Shown in pieces: positions 1 through 11,514 of a stretch of DNA of 64,000 bases (positions within the stretch are counted from its first letter, which is position 1; each line of letters starts with the position of its first letter). Under the pieces are notes generated by a model. The model worked only from the letters and a program-made list of their open reading frames with translations, was not told the DNA's origin and ran no database searches. Origin of the DNA: Pelomyxa schiedti (lineage: Eukaryota; Protista; Evosea); NCBI GenBank assembly GCA_020536535.1, contig JAHLWZ010000734.1, positions 1-64,000 of the forward strand, in the 5' to 3' direction. The position numbers and the translations under genes were made by a program.

Positions 1-192
1 CGTCAAGACATGGCGAGAGCTCGGAATCACTTTGATTGTAGTGTTCGACGGAGGGATTACAGACGAAAAAGTGGAACAATGGGAGAGGAGATTCCTGAAA
101 GTACCCAGTCACAGTGACTGCGAAACTGCAAATCTTGAACCGAAACTAGCTGGAGCAAAGCGCCAAAGCGCTCCCCAGCTGGCAGCAGTGAC
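1..192 (+). pseudogene. Truncated, inverted duplicate fragment of the asteroid-like PIN nuclease gene (exon 2)
   Basis: 1-192 is the reverse complement of 63236-63427 with a few substitutions (encodes VKTWRELGITLIVVFDGGITDEKVEQWERR). It is joined directly to non-coding upstream sequence, so the frame ends within a few codons. Confidence 0.75.
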
Positions 193-421
193 TGTTTGAA
201 TAAAAAACAAAAAAGTTCAAAGTTACACTTCGACGCGCCTTCTGTTTCGAAGAATCCTTTTTTGAAATTGGAAAAACTAAACCGAAATTGGAACAGCCTA
301 GTGAGATTTCTTTGTCAACCCAAAAGAGGGGCCGCTGCACACAACCCAAAAAAGGGCCCTTCGCCTAACCTTCAAATTTTCATCGAATTACTTACAATTG
401 CCAATTCCACAACCGGGAAAA
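190..421 (+). repeat. Direct-orientation copy of 63736-64000 (upstream region of the PIN nuclease gene)
   Basis: Near-identical sequence from gactgtttgaataaaaaa to ccacaaccgggaaaag. This copy lacks ~34 bp lying between two taaaaaa motifs. Confidence 0.9.
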
Positions 422-858
422 GGCGCAACTGCCTACTGTTAGAAGAAATCTCGGGGGTTTGTTTTCTCGCCTTTGTGTTTCGGTTGTTGTGAAAGGATTC
501 TTCGAAACCAAAACTTTCCTTGTAGTCGATGTGTAACTTCGAACTTTTTTTTTTTACTTGATCTTACAAAATCATCGTCCATCTTGCGGACGTGATTGAG
601 GTTGTGGTTGCCTTGCTGGTGGATTTGAAATGTTGCCAATAGGCACTAAGCCTGACATTGCAGCTGCGCCAGAAATAGGAGCAGAGCCAGGAGGATGGCC
701 CCAGATAATGTCACTCCTTCTGGTTTCTGGTGTGTCTGAGAATGTCTATATAGAATTCATGAAAAAAAGAGTGGAACGAGAGGGGTATGACAAACCATTG
801 TGAATTCGCCAATTCGCTGAAGAGAACCTGTCTTCGATGTGACTAGTTGTATACGACC

Positions 859-958
859 NNNNNNNNNNNNNNNNNNNNNNNNNNNNNNNNNNNNNNNNNN
901 NNNNNNNNNNNNNNNNNNNNNNNNNNNNNNNNNNNNNNNNNNNNNNNNNNNNNNNNNN
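859..958. other. Assembly gap (100 N)
   Basis: Run of N characters. Confidence 1.
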
Positions 959-960
959 TT

Positions 961-1079
961 CGCAGGACGGACCGCAAAGAAATTAACAGGCTGCAGGACG
1001 GACCGCAGGACGGACCGCAAAGAAAACCGCCAGGGATCGCAGGACGGACCGCAAAGAAATTAACAGGCTGCAGGACGGA
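961..1079 (+). repeat. Short tandem/minisatellite repeat next to the gap
   Basis: Five copies of gcaggacgga. The longer unit cgcaggacggaccgcaaagaaattaacaggctgcaggacgga occurs twice. Confidence 0.85.
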
Positions 1080-1144
1080 TTTGCTCTTGCCCCCTGTGGG
1101 TCATGGAACAACTAAATTCTCAACATGACTATGTATTAAAAAAT

Positions 1145-3761
1145 TTACCCACAGATTGGGGCACATTGCCTTTCTAGCCATTGAATTGCAAGCTCGTTTG
1201 CAGGACTGGGGGATGATCGAAGTAGTGGTAAAAGGGCATCCCTGCATCGTTGGTGGTATCTGTTCAGCCATCCTATCTCATCTTTGGTAAGAAGATCCAT
1301 GGCCAGCATTTTTGCCTGTTGAGTGTTTATTGGGTATTTGGGGGTCAACAAAGGCACAAAACCTGGAATGGGACCAAGGACACAACATCCCATGATAGAA
1401 ATTGTGGGTACTGCTGTGACGGTACAACTACGGCTTCGTTCTCCAAACGGATCCCAAATGCCCCTTCAAGGTAGTACCCAGGCTCAATGGTAACTGTCAT
1501 GCCGCTGTTCCAAATGTGAGAATTTACTCTCTTTAGTAAACAGAAAATACATGCGGAATGGAGTTGTTCCCCAAGAGCCGATTCCCTGTGGACCTTCATG
1601 TACTCCAAGGAAGGAACCTACACCGTGCCCAGTTCCATGTCCATAATCCAAGCCGACTTGCCACAAATGATACCTAGCAAGAAGATCCATTCCCTTTGTA
1701 ATAAACTGTTAGGACAACCTCCAATTGAGATATTTTTCATACAACGCCGTTGGTCTTTCCAGCAGGAAAAATGGCTGCAGCAATTCCAATGTGGCCTTTG
1801 AGTACTCGTGTCCAGCACTCTTTCTATTTTGAATAAGCTTTAGATTTTGGGAAGTTGCATGCCTCTCGGGGTGTTGGTTCACCTAAGTGAACAGTTCTTG
1901 TTGTGTCAGTTGTTCCTCCAAGGTATTGACCACCAGCATCCAAAAGGAACATCGACTTGGAAACCTCGGCAAAGTCTTCTGCAGTAGGTTCATAGTGTAT
2001 AATGGCGCCATTAGACCCACTAGCGGCAATCTTGAACGCAATTTAGTGCAGCCACATGGAATCATGCCCAGACTTACAGTCTCAAAACTTGGTCCCCTGT
2101 AGTTACTTTGTAAAGAACGGAACTCTTCCAGCTTAGCAACGACGTCAAGCTCTGTTACTTTGATATTCTTCGCCACAGTATCTTCAAGCCAGGCCAATAA
2201 TTGACTGAAAGCAACGCCATCCCGAATTTGAATCTTTTCGGTTACGTTAAGTGCTCTTGATTGGCCTTATTTTGGATTTAACCTTACGCAACCAGTCCAA
2301 TTCAATTGGGTTTTTCTCAGCCTTTAGTAACACAACAGGTGTATCTTCGTCAATCCTCTGGGGTACTGGCACAGCTGCATACAGAGCCATGCTTGCTGCC
2401 CCTTTATCAAGCCATACCTGTAGGAGTAAGTCTACACAGTGATGCATTGTGGATGAGCACTTTCTTGGACTCGGTCAAACAAAATTTCGTGAGGTATTCA
2501 ACTATAGACTCATAGGGTTGTACAACAACATGGGATCCAAAATATTCCAAAACAGTTGGAGATATTTGCCTCTTATCAACAAATAAAAATGCCCTGGACA
2601 ACAAATATTAGATTAAAATGAAGTTATTTAAAGGGAATTACTTCTCCGGTTCTATGGCAACATAGGCGTGAACAAATGGCGAACATGGAACATCTCGAGC
2701 ACGAATGTTAAGAACCCAAGCCACCTGATCAAGAGCAGAAAGTACAAGAGTGTCTGCTTTTTTAGGAACCATTGCTGCTCGCACCTGTAAGGAAGAAAAT
2801 TTTCTTACTTGAAACAGCAAAGAAGGAAATTACCTTGGCCAGTTTTTCCTCAAAAGAGACTCCGGCATACTCCACTGGATATACTTCAACGTTAGTGTAA
2901 GGTGGCTGAGGTTTATCTGTCCATACGTATGCTTGGTGAAGGAAAACAGGGAAACAAAGTATTTAGAGGAAAGGTGGAAAGGATATAAGATCAATAAGAT
3001 TTTCTGCCAGGAGTTCAACACGTTTTCCAGCTGGTTTAAGAACAGCTTCCACACGGTTTAACCAGGCAAGAGAGACTAATCTTGGGTCGACTCCGACAGA
3101 ACTACCCTCAGGGAGTTCCTTGTGGTATTAAGGGATAAGACGCGATGCTAGCCTTTACCTTTGCAAGCCAAGCTTCCACTGATAGCGTCTCTGGAAGCCT
3201 GTCTTTCATCAATTTCCAGCACCCACCACATGTGCACTGAGCATTATTTTCTGCACAAAGGTTAATAATGAAACCCACAACCAAAGCACCACCACAAGAT
3301 ACACTTTTATCAATACACCTCACAACTACAAACACAACTCAGACGCAAAAAATGATAAATTACCACAATACAAAATACAAACAGTAAACAGCCAAATAGC
3401 AAAATAGCAAGTAACCAAATGACAACAGCAGTAATGCAACTACAAAATTGGCAAGGTGGCAACAACCCTCAGGGTGCATAATCAGCTGCTTGGCCGCCTG
3501 CAGGAAGTACCTCGAGTCGGTCCACAGCGCCGCGCCGCCGGCCGCCGTCACCACCGCCGTGCCCGCGCTCCCCGTGAACCCCGACACGAACGCGCGCCGC
3601 TTGTCCGACGGCGCGATGTACTCGCTCATGTGCGCGTCCCCGCTCGGCACCACGTACGCCGCGACGCCCCGCGCCCGCATCAGCTCCCTCAGTCTCCCCA
3701 GCGTCTGCCTCATCGATGATGCGCCACAGGCCTCCGCCGTTGTTGTTGCTGCTGTGGCCAT
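1145..3761 (-). CDS. Xaa-Pro aminopeptidase (aminopeptidase P, M24B; XPNPEP1-like), multi-exon
   Basis: N-terminal [28 protein letters not shown] and [12 protein letters not shown] motifs. Catalytic domain [22 protein letters not shown] and [19 protein letters not shown]-terminal WLNRYH. Confidence 0.95.
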
Positions 3762-3862
3762 GAGTGAGATTTTGTCTTCCTTTTTTTGGGTTTTTTGATT
3801 TTTGTTTTTCGCTTCTGGCTCAGGAACCGTTGAACAGGCACGCAAAGTTTCCTTGCAAGGAG

Positions 3863-5006
3863 ATGGTGTTCGAAGGGTTGGAGGCGGGGATTGGGTCGTT
3901 ACCGTGGGCGGCGCTGGCGGCGGGCGGGGCGGCCTCGGCCCTCGTGGTCGGGGTGATGATGGGGCTGGGGTGGTGCATGCGGTGCCTGCGGGGGCGCGGC
4001 CGCGGGGGGCCGTGCGACCAGCCCCGCGGGTGGGGAGGGTGCAGGAGGCCTCGCATGTGGGGAGCAGGAGGCAGCCGGTGCGCGGCTCCGGCGGCGGCTC
4101 CGGATGAGTTATCCAGGTTCTTTTTTTTTTTGTTTGTTTGTTTGTTTGCTTCTTGTTCGTTTCGGTTTGTTTGGATTGGTGTCAACGTAGTGTTCCCGGC
4201 AGTTATGTTTTTCAGTATTTGTGGAAAATTGCGAGTTAATCGTTGGTGAATATAGGGCCAAGGGGATTGTGGGAGGCATATTGGATAAAGCGGGCACTCT
4301 TGGTGCTGTGAGGACTAAATTCATTGACCCATCACAGGACATTGTTGTCTCTCGTTGGGTTCGCCTTAAATGCCAATTTGGGTGCCCCACATATGGCAAG
4401 AATGCATGTTGTCCACCAAAGTAAGTCTGGAATCTAATTTGATAGAACAAGCAGTAAAGCTGTTTCTTTTTTTGTGGTTAACTGTCTTGTAGTAGTGTGG
4501 ATATTCATGAAACTCGCGAAATTCTGAGCGAGTACTCCCTTGGGGTTATCCTGAACTTTAGTGCTTCTTTTGAAAAGGTTGTTGCAATCTCTTTTGTTTC
4601 CACACCTTCCCTTATGTGCTCCAGCCTGAAGAACGTAGACCTTGGTCCCAGGCACTCCAAGGTGAACTGCTGAAGCTTGAGAGGGCAGTCTTTTTGGCAG
4701 GATTCCACAAGGCTTTCCTTTTTAATCTGGATGAATGCCGAATCTGTGGCACAGAGTGCCCTGCCGCCACAGCTACAACAGGGAATGGAATGCACAGTGT
4801 AAGGGAGATGTGTAAGTGCCAAAAGATGGCTCGGCCCTCATTGGAAGGCATGGGTGTTGATGTCTTCACCACTGGTATTCTGAAGTTCTGTACAATTTCA
4901 TTTGTAGACTGACTCTATCACAGTACGTAAGGCTGGGTTTGACATTCATGTGCTCCAGGATTACAGTGAAACCATGAACCGGTTTGCCATTCTACTCATT
5001 ATGTGA
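3863..5006 (+). CDS. DUF2284-type predicted metal-binding protein with an N-terminal hydrophobic segment, multi-exon
   Basis: [68 protein letters not shown] match the Cys pattern of prokaryotic DUF2284 as recalled. Confidence 0.75.
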
Positions 5007-6775
5007 GGCAGCACCAGAAGAAATGCTTTGAAAAACCAAATGTAAAACTTGGTGATACAAAGCCACATCTTTGTCTTTTACTTTTTATCGTATTTCCTCT
5101 CCTTTGGGTGCTGGGAATAGTTATTCCAATTCACCAATGGGTGGCGAAGCTATAGTTTCGCTTGCTTGTGACACCCTCAACTGGAGCCAGAGGCTCATCC
5201 CCACCATGGAACAAAAACCCCGAGTTGTTGATGAACGGCCTGGAGAACCACCCAGACCCACCTCAGTCTCGTCGCTCCCGTGTGTGTAGGAAGCAGACAC
5301 CAGCACCAACCCAGGCAGCCTCACCCCAGATTGAAAATCCATACTTCTGAGAGGGTTGTTGTGACTGATGAATGCTGGACAGCTGTACTGTACTTCCTGG
5401 TGATACTGAGACTGGTACTTAACTTTGGTTTTGATGAAGCTATTGTCTTACTGGGTTCCTGTCACCAGAACCTTTAGGGTTGTCACTCGTGAATTTTAAG
5501 TATCTCGGTGACCAAGTGCACCATAAAGTTACGGGAGATACTTCTGGGTGATGCTTGTGACTACCCCAGAGGGTATGGTACTGTTGGCCTCCATTTGATT
5601 CAACTTGAGAGAAAAGATATGAGCCCAGTGTATACCTGGAGCATACACAGTGACAAGAACTTAGAGTATTGGATGAGTTGATAGATGAAGGGCCGTTTTC
5701 CTTTGGTTTGTTTAACACAGCACAGGAATTAGATACGGTTCATGATGAATTCAACTGCCACTGAGTCTCAGGAAGCAGTGACAACTCCCAGATGAAGTCC
5801 TGGAACAAATAAGAAGTGTGGCGAAATTTCAGTCACACCCACTGCTGGAAATTGCTACTAAAATTCCAAAGCCATCACTGTACTATAGGTCTTAATATTG
5901 GAAATGGGGAATGTACTTGAATAAACGGAAATTATCCTTATTGGGCAAAGCTAGTTTAAAGGGGGCCTATTCACTTTCTGCTCATTGATAGATAACCCTT
6001 CAATATAGTTGACCTGCTTTTTTGTTTGGAACAAGTAAAACCGAATGTGAATTGAGACAATTCAATGGTTGTTGTATTGAGGGAGAGTTGTTAACCACAA
6101 TTCGTCGTACTGGGTTTTTCTTTGGCGACGGGGCACTTCACACGGAAGTGCCCTCTGTCAAAAATAAGTGGGATTGTGATGTGCCTGCCTCCAAGAGTGC
6201 TTGAGAGGCATTTCAAAAATAGGTGCGGAAAAGCGGGATTAGAGCACAGCGTTAGCCTCTAGGACCCCCTTTAAAAGAGTTTCCCCAAGATCGCTGTGAC
6301 AGACTTGTTCCCACACCAGAGCATTCACTCCCTTAGGTAGGGATTTAGTTTTCCTAACAACCACCGGTTCGAACTTGATCGGCTTCCCCACTTCAATGTC
6401 GGGACACGCAAACCTGTGCGATCTAGTATCCTTGGCTGGTCTTTCCCCTGCAGCTCAGAGATGTGTGGTCCCACCCAGCCCAGTGACCAATATCACAGTC
6501 GAGGTCACCCCAACCTGGAACTGGACTCAGGACTCTGATCTCCCATCACACACAATAGCACCGACGTCGCCATCACTCCAAGCACGAATCACACAACACA
6601 CAAAAGACGATAACGAGAATTAAGAGAATCCCTTATCGTACGATCGGTTCGTCGTCCTGCAGGGTACTCTACACCCCTTCATCCCTACAGATGTAGTCTA
6701 GGTGAGAGTCCATTAGCTGGAGTAGCACTGAGACTCAGAGTCAACTCAATGAGCCAAAACGAGTGGTTAGAGGGC

Positions 6776-6890
6776 AATTTCTATTCGCGTATCAATAGAA
6801 ATTTCGCAAAAATGCCGTTGGTGTTTCCGAGCGATGTCACTGACGTCTGCCTTCCATTCGACGTAAATGCCGCCAGTGACACCTTATAAG
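6776..6890 (+). promoter_or_regulatory. Putative promoter of the ClpB/Hsp104 gene: inverted repeat, heat-shock-element-like motif and TATA-like box
   Basis: 10-bp inverted repeat aatttctatt(8)aatagaaatt at 6776-6803 overlaps aGAAatTTCg (nGAAnnTTCn). ttataa lies at 6884-6889, about 100 bp before the ATG. Confidence 0.35.
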
Positions 6891-6987
6891 CCACAAATTA
6901 CCATGAAACAAAGCAACAAAAAAAAAAAAAAACCTAACCTAACAAGTGTCATTAAAACCAACAACAAACAACAAAACACCTGTATAC

Positions 6988-9900
6988 ATGGACACAGCAC
7001 AATTTACTGAGAAAGCCAGCGAGGGATTATCCAAGGCACAACGAATAGCACTTGAGAACAGTGCACCGGAAGTGGCACCCCCACATCTTGCTGTTGCACT
7101 TTTTTCAGACGAAACTGGCCTGGCTCGTCAGTTGTACGCCAAAGCTGGTGGCGACTTTAATTCTGTTGGCTCGGCGTTGAAGAGGCTGGTGGTATGTTGT
7201 TTTCTATTTGTTTTGCTTATCACACTCTAATCCGTAAGTAAATTAAGTAATTATGTTACATTTTGGTGCCTGACCTATTGGTTTTAGGAAAAGCAACCAA
7301 AACAGGACCCACCACCATCGAGACTGTCCCCTGGAGGCTCTATGATGAGAGTACTGAGAACTGCCTTGGAGCTTCAGACAAAACAAAAAGATAGTCATGT
7401 GGCTGTTGATCACCTATTAAGTCAGTCTATCTAGACTCTTAATTTTTATCCTACTAACTCCTCGGCAGTTGCACTGTATGCTGACAAGGAGGTTGGAGCT
7501 GCTTTGCAGGCTGGTGGTGTCTCGAAATACCAAATTGAAAAGACAATTTCTCAATTCCGTGGGACAAGAAAAGTAGAGGGCCAAAACCCTGAAGATTCCT
7601 ATAACGCCCTCGAAAAATATGGACATGACCTAGTGGCAATGGCAGAACAGGGCAAACTGGATCCTGTGATTGGCCGTGATGAAGAGATCCGCCGCGTTAT
7701 CAGGATTTTGGCAAGGTACCATCTTTTGTACCTTTTCACCCTTCATGACTTCAGTTTTTAGGCGAACAAAAAACAATCCTGTTCTAATTGGAGAACCTGG
7801 GGTAGGGAAGACGGCTATTGTAGAAGGTCTTGCACAGCGAATTGTAAGAGGTGATATTCCCACTGATCTCCAGTGCAAAGTGATTGCCCTTGATATGGTT
7901 CGTTTATTTCTTAGTTCAGTGTAGAAATTCTAATGCTCCTGTAGGGTGCTCTGGTAGCTGGTGCTAAATACCGTGGTGAATTCGAGGAAAGGCTTAAAGC
8001 AGTTCTAAAGGAAATCTCGGAATCTCAAACTGGCATCATATTGTTCATTGATGAAATCCATCTCGTCTTGGGGGCTGGAAAAGCAGAAGGCTCAATGGAT
8101 GCTGCCAACCTTCTAAAACCTATGCTGTATGTCTTTTAATTTCCCTGCAATTACTTTTAACTGTTCTTCCTACAGTGCCAGGGGTGAACTACGTTGCATT
8201 GGTGCCACAACTCTTGATGAGTACAGGAAACATGTCGAAAAAGATGCTGCCTTTGAAAGAAGATTCCAGCAAGTATATGTTGGTGAACCCAGTATACCTG
8301 ATACAATCAGCATTCTACGAGGCTTGAAGGAACGTTATGAGACCCATCATGGTGTCAGACTCCTGGATAGTGCTCTGGTTGTTGCTGCACAGTTAGCCCA
8401 GCGCTATATTACAAATAGATTCCTTCCCGACAAGGCCATTGATCTCATTGATGAAGCAGCCGCAAATGTGAGAGTTCAGCTAGATAGTCAACCGGAAGTC
8501 ATTGACCAACTGGAGAGAAAACAGCTACAACTTGAAATCGAGGCAACAGCTCTGGAGAAAGAAAAAGATGCAGGAAGCAAACAACGATTGGCCAAGGTTC
8601 GAGAGGAGCTAACTAAGATCCGAGAAGAATTGATGCCCCTAAAAGCTCGCCATGAGGCTGAAAAGGCAAGGGTTGATGAAATAAACCAGCTCAAGCAGAA
8701 AGCAGAGACCCTCAAAAATAAAATGGAGAGTGCAAAAAGGAGAGGAGACCTTGCCTTGGTTGCTGATTTGCAATACGGAGCTATTCCAGAGATAGAAAAG
8801 CGTGTCAAATTGGTATGTCAACATTGATGGTATACTGTCATCTCACTTTATGCAGCTTACTGAAGAGCTCCAACGAACAGAAAAGGACCGCATGTTAACA
8901 GAAGTAGTTGGGCCAGAACAAATTGCAGAAGTGGTGAGCAGATGGACAGGAATACCAGTGACAAAATTGAGCCAAACTGACCGCGAACGTCTGTTGCTAC
9001 TCTCAGACCAGCTACACCGAAGAGTTATCGGACAGAACGAAGCCGTTGATGCGGTTGCTGAGGCTGTCTTAAGATCCCGTGCTGGCCTTGGAAATGTAGG
9101 AAAGCCCACAGGAAGTTTCATGGTAAGTTATTATTGCTTTCTTTTGAAGATTCAATAACTGTATCAAAGTTTTTGGGTCCATCTGGAGTTGGAAAAACAG
9201 AGCTAGCCAAAGCCCTTGCTTTTGAACTTTTTGATGACGAGAAACATATGGTGAGAATAGACATGTCTGAGGTATGCTTTCTATGAGGATATCAGCCTGT
9301 AGCTAATAATGTATACAGTATATGGAACAACATAGCGTTGCGCGGTTGATAGGTTCACCACCCGGATATGTTGGGTTTGAGGAAGGAGGCCAGCTCACTG
9401 AAGCCGTGAGACGGAGGCCTTACTCTGTGGTATTATTTGACGAAATCGAAAAAGCACACACCCAGGTCTGGAATGTGCTACTTCAAGGTTGGTCCCACTC
9501 CCTCTTCACTTGATTATACTCATATTTCTACAACAGTTCTAGATGACGGGCGCCTCACTGACGGCCACGGCCGAACTGTAGACTTCAGCAACACAATCAT
9601 TATCATGACTTCAAATATTGGATCGGACTTGCTTTTGAACAGCATCCGACCAGATGGAACTATGCCAGGAGGCGTTTCCGATAAGGTGATGTCTCTAGTT
9701 CGCAAGCAGTTCCGGCCAGGTAATCCACTTGAATTTCGTTTTGCTGTCTGCGCTAAACCTATTTACACCCAGAGTTTCTGAACCGGCTGGACAACATTGT
9801 GGTTTTCAACCCCCTGACCCACGCGAACCTGCTGCAGATTGTTGGGCTGATGGTCAACAAGATCACACAGAGACTGGAGGGCCAGAGCATCAAGCTTGCA

Positions 9901-10140
9901 ATGAGCGACGACGCCAAGCAGTTTGTGATCAGCCAGGCCTACGAACCCCAGTTTGGAGCACGGCCGATCGGCAGATACCTCGAGAAGCACATCATCACAG
10001 AAATGTCCAAGATGATAATCAGTGGGCAGCTACGTGACCACTCCACCGTCAGTGTGACGGCCGATCACGGCAGCCTGCACTTTTCCGTGATACAGGCTGC
10101 ACCAGCACCAACAGTACCTGACACTGACGAAATGTCATGA
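6988..10140 (+). CDS. HSP104: ClpB/Hsp104 (Hsp101) AAA+ disaggregase, multi-exon
   Basis: Clp N-domain; [15 protein letters not shown]; [25 protein letters not shown]; LFIDEIH; DAAFERRFQ; [14 protein letters not shown]; coiled-coil middle domain; second AAA module [34 protein letters not shown]. Confidence 0.97.
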
Positions 10141-10436
10141 ACCCCTGTTCAACCACCCAGATGACACGCAAAGGCACAAGACCACACTACAGCACCAACA
10201 CCCAAAATGTTAAATATCCTCTGTTCATCCCCTAGTTAACACAATTAAGTTTTTGTTACAGCTCAACTTCTCCATGTTTGTTGTTTTTTTCCCCTTCTTC
10301 ATCTTCAAACAACTGTGAGTAGCACCCAAAAGCCCAAATGCCTTCTATGTTGGGTGGTTTTTCCGAGTGTAATTCGGTGCAAGTCTGTTTAACAGAAACA
10401 AACAAAAAAACAAGGAGAGAAACCCGTCGGTTTGTG

Positions 10437-11287
10437 ATGAAGATTTGTGCGTTTGTGACACTGGCGTGCACGCTGGCGTTTTGTGCCGGCTCCATAAGTA
10501 CGGCACCTCTTCAAAACAATATTTGATCAACTTCATTGTTTACTTTGATTTTTTTTTTTTTTTGCCCTGTGACCTTACCCTTTGCTTTCCAAAGTTTGCG
10601 TAATTTACAGTGTATCTCCTGATACCGTGTGGTACAAGTACACTACGTTGGGAGGTAATTTCATTCTGACTTTTTTTTTTTTCCTTTTGCCGCACTGATT
10701 GACCGGAACGCAGTTGACACCGAGGAAACTTGGGATACTGTTACTGAGAACGATGGCGATCCTATGGCGGAACTGTACAAAATAGTTTGGGGGCTGACAA
10801 TTTCTGGGGCAGGTGTGGGCCTGTTGGGCACTTGTATGTGCACTATTATGTTATTCCGAGTCTGTTGTAGCAAGAAGTCTGGAAATCCCGTAATGAAGTA
10901 TGTGTTAGAATTTGTCCCACAGGCGTACTGAAACTTTTCTTTTTCTTTTCACCAAGAGCAATAGCTATAACACTTTCCTCTTTGTCATTGCTTACCTGCA
11001 TTATTGGTTCGCTATACTTCCTGAGGCACCCCTACTACTACGATAAATACGTACTGTGCGACCTTGTTGGCGATACTACCAGTGCATGCTCGGATTTCAG
11101 CGGCCAGACAGAAGTTGCAGGAGTTGTTACCTCAGAATGGGGGCCAGGTAAAAACCCACAAACACACACCAAGCACTTCCCATATTTCTTACTTCAACGC
11201 ACAGAGAAAGGCTGGTACGCGTCTCTTATAGGTGCTGGTTGCACTATGCTAAATGCACTGGCGATAATCGTCGCGCCCACCAAGTAA
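10437..11287 (+). CDS. Small four-pass membrane protein (claudin/amastin-like topology), multi-exon
   Basis: Four hydrophobic segments (ICAFVTLACTLAFCAG; IVWGLTISGAGVGLLG; AIAITLSSLSLLTCIIGSLYF; GWYASLIGAGCTMLNALAII), a Cys-containing loop, and a WGP..GW motif before the last helix. Confidence 0.55.
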
Positions 11288-11514
11288 AAAGACCCCCAAT
11301 CAACGCATCGCCAACGAACGGAACTTCGTTTGTACTTTTCGCGGAAACAACGAACGTCCATTTGTTTCTTTTAAGGAAATTATTGAGAAAGTGGTGCACG
11401 AGAGGTGCACTATTTGTCACAATTTGCCTGCCTGTGCACCTCGTCTGCCAGCGAGGAAAAAAAAAGCGGGCCCCCAAGCAACACTTTAATTAATTAAAAA
11501 AAACAAAGGTAGTA

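Noticed and set aside
961-1079. CRISPR-like array
   Set aside because: The units are too short, the linkers repeat rather than being unique spacers, there are no cas genes, and the context is eukaryotic.
1145-3761. Aminopeptidase P as part of a hydroxyproline-utilisation cluster with HypD
   Set aside because: It is 50 kb away, is a universal housekeeping enzyme, and unrelated genes intervene. No P5C reductase is visible in the window.
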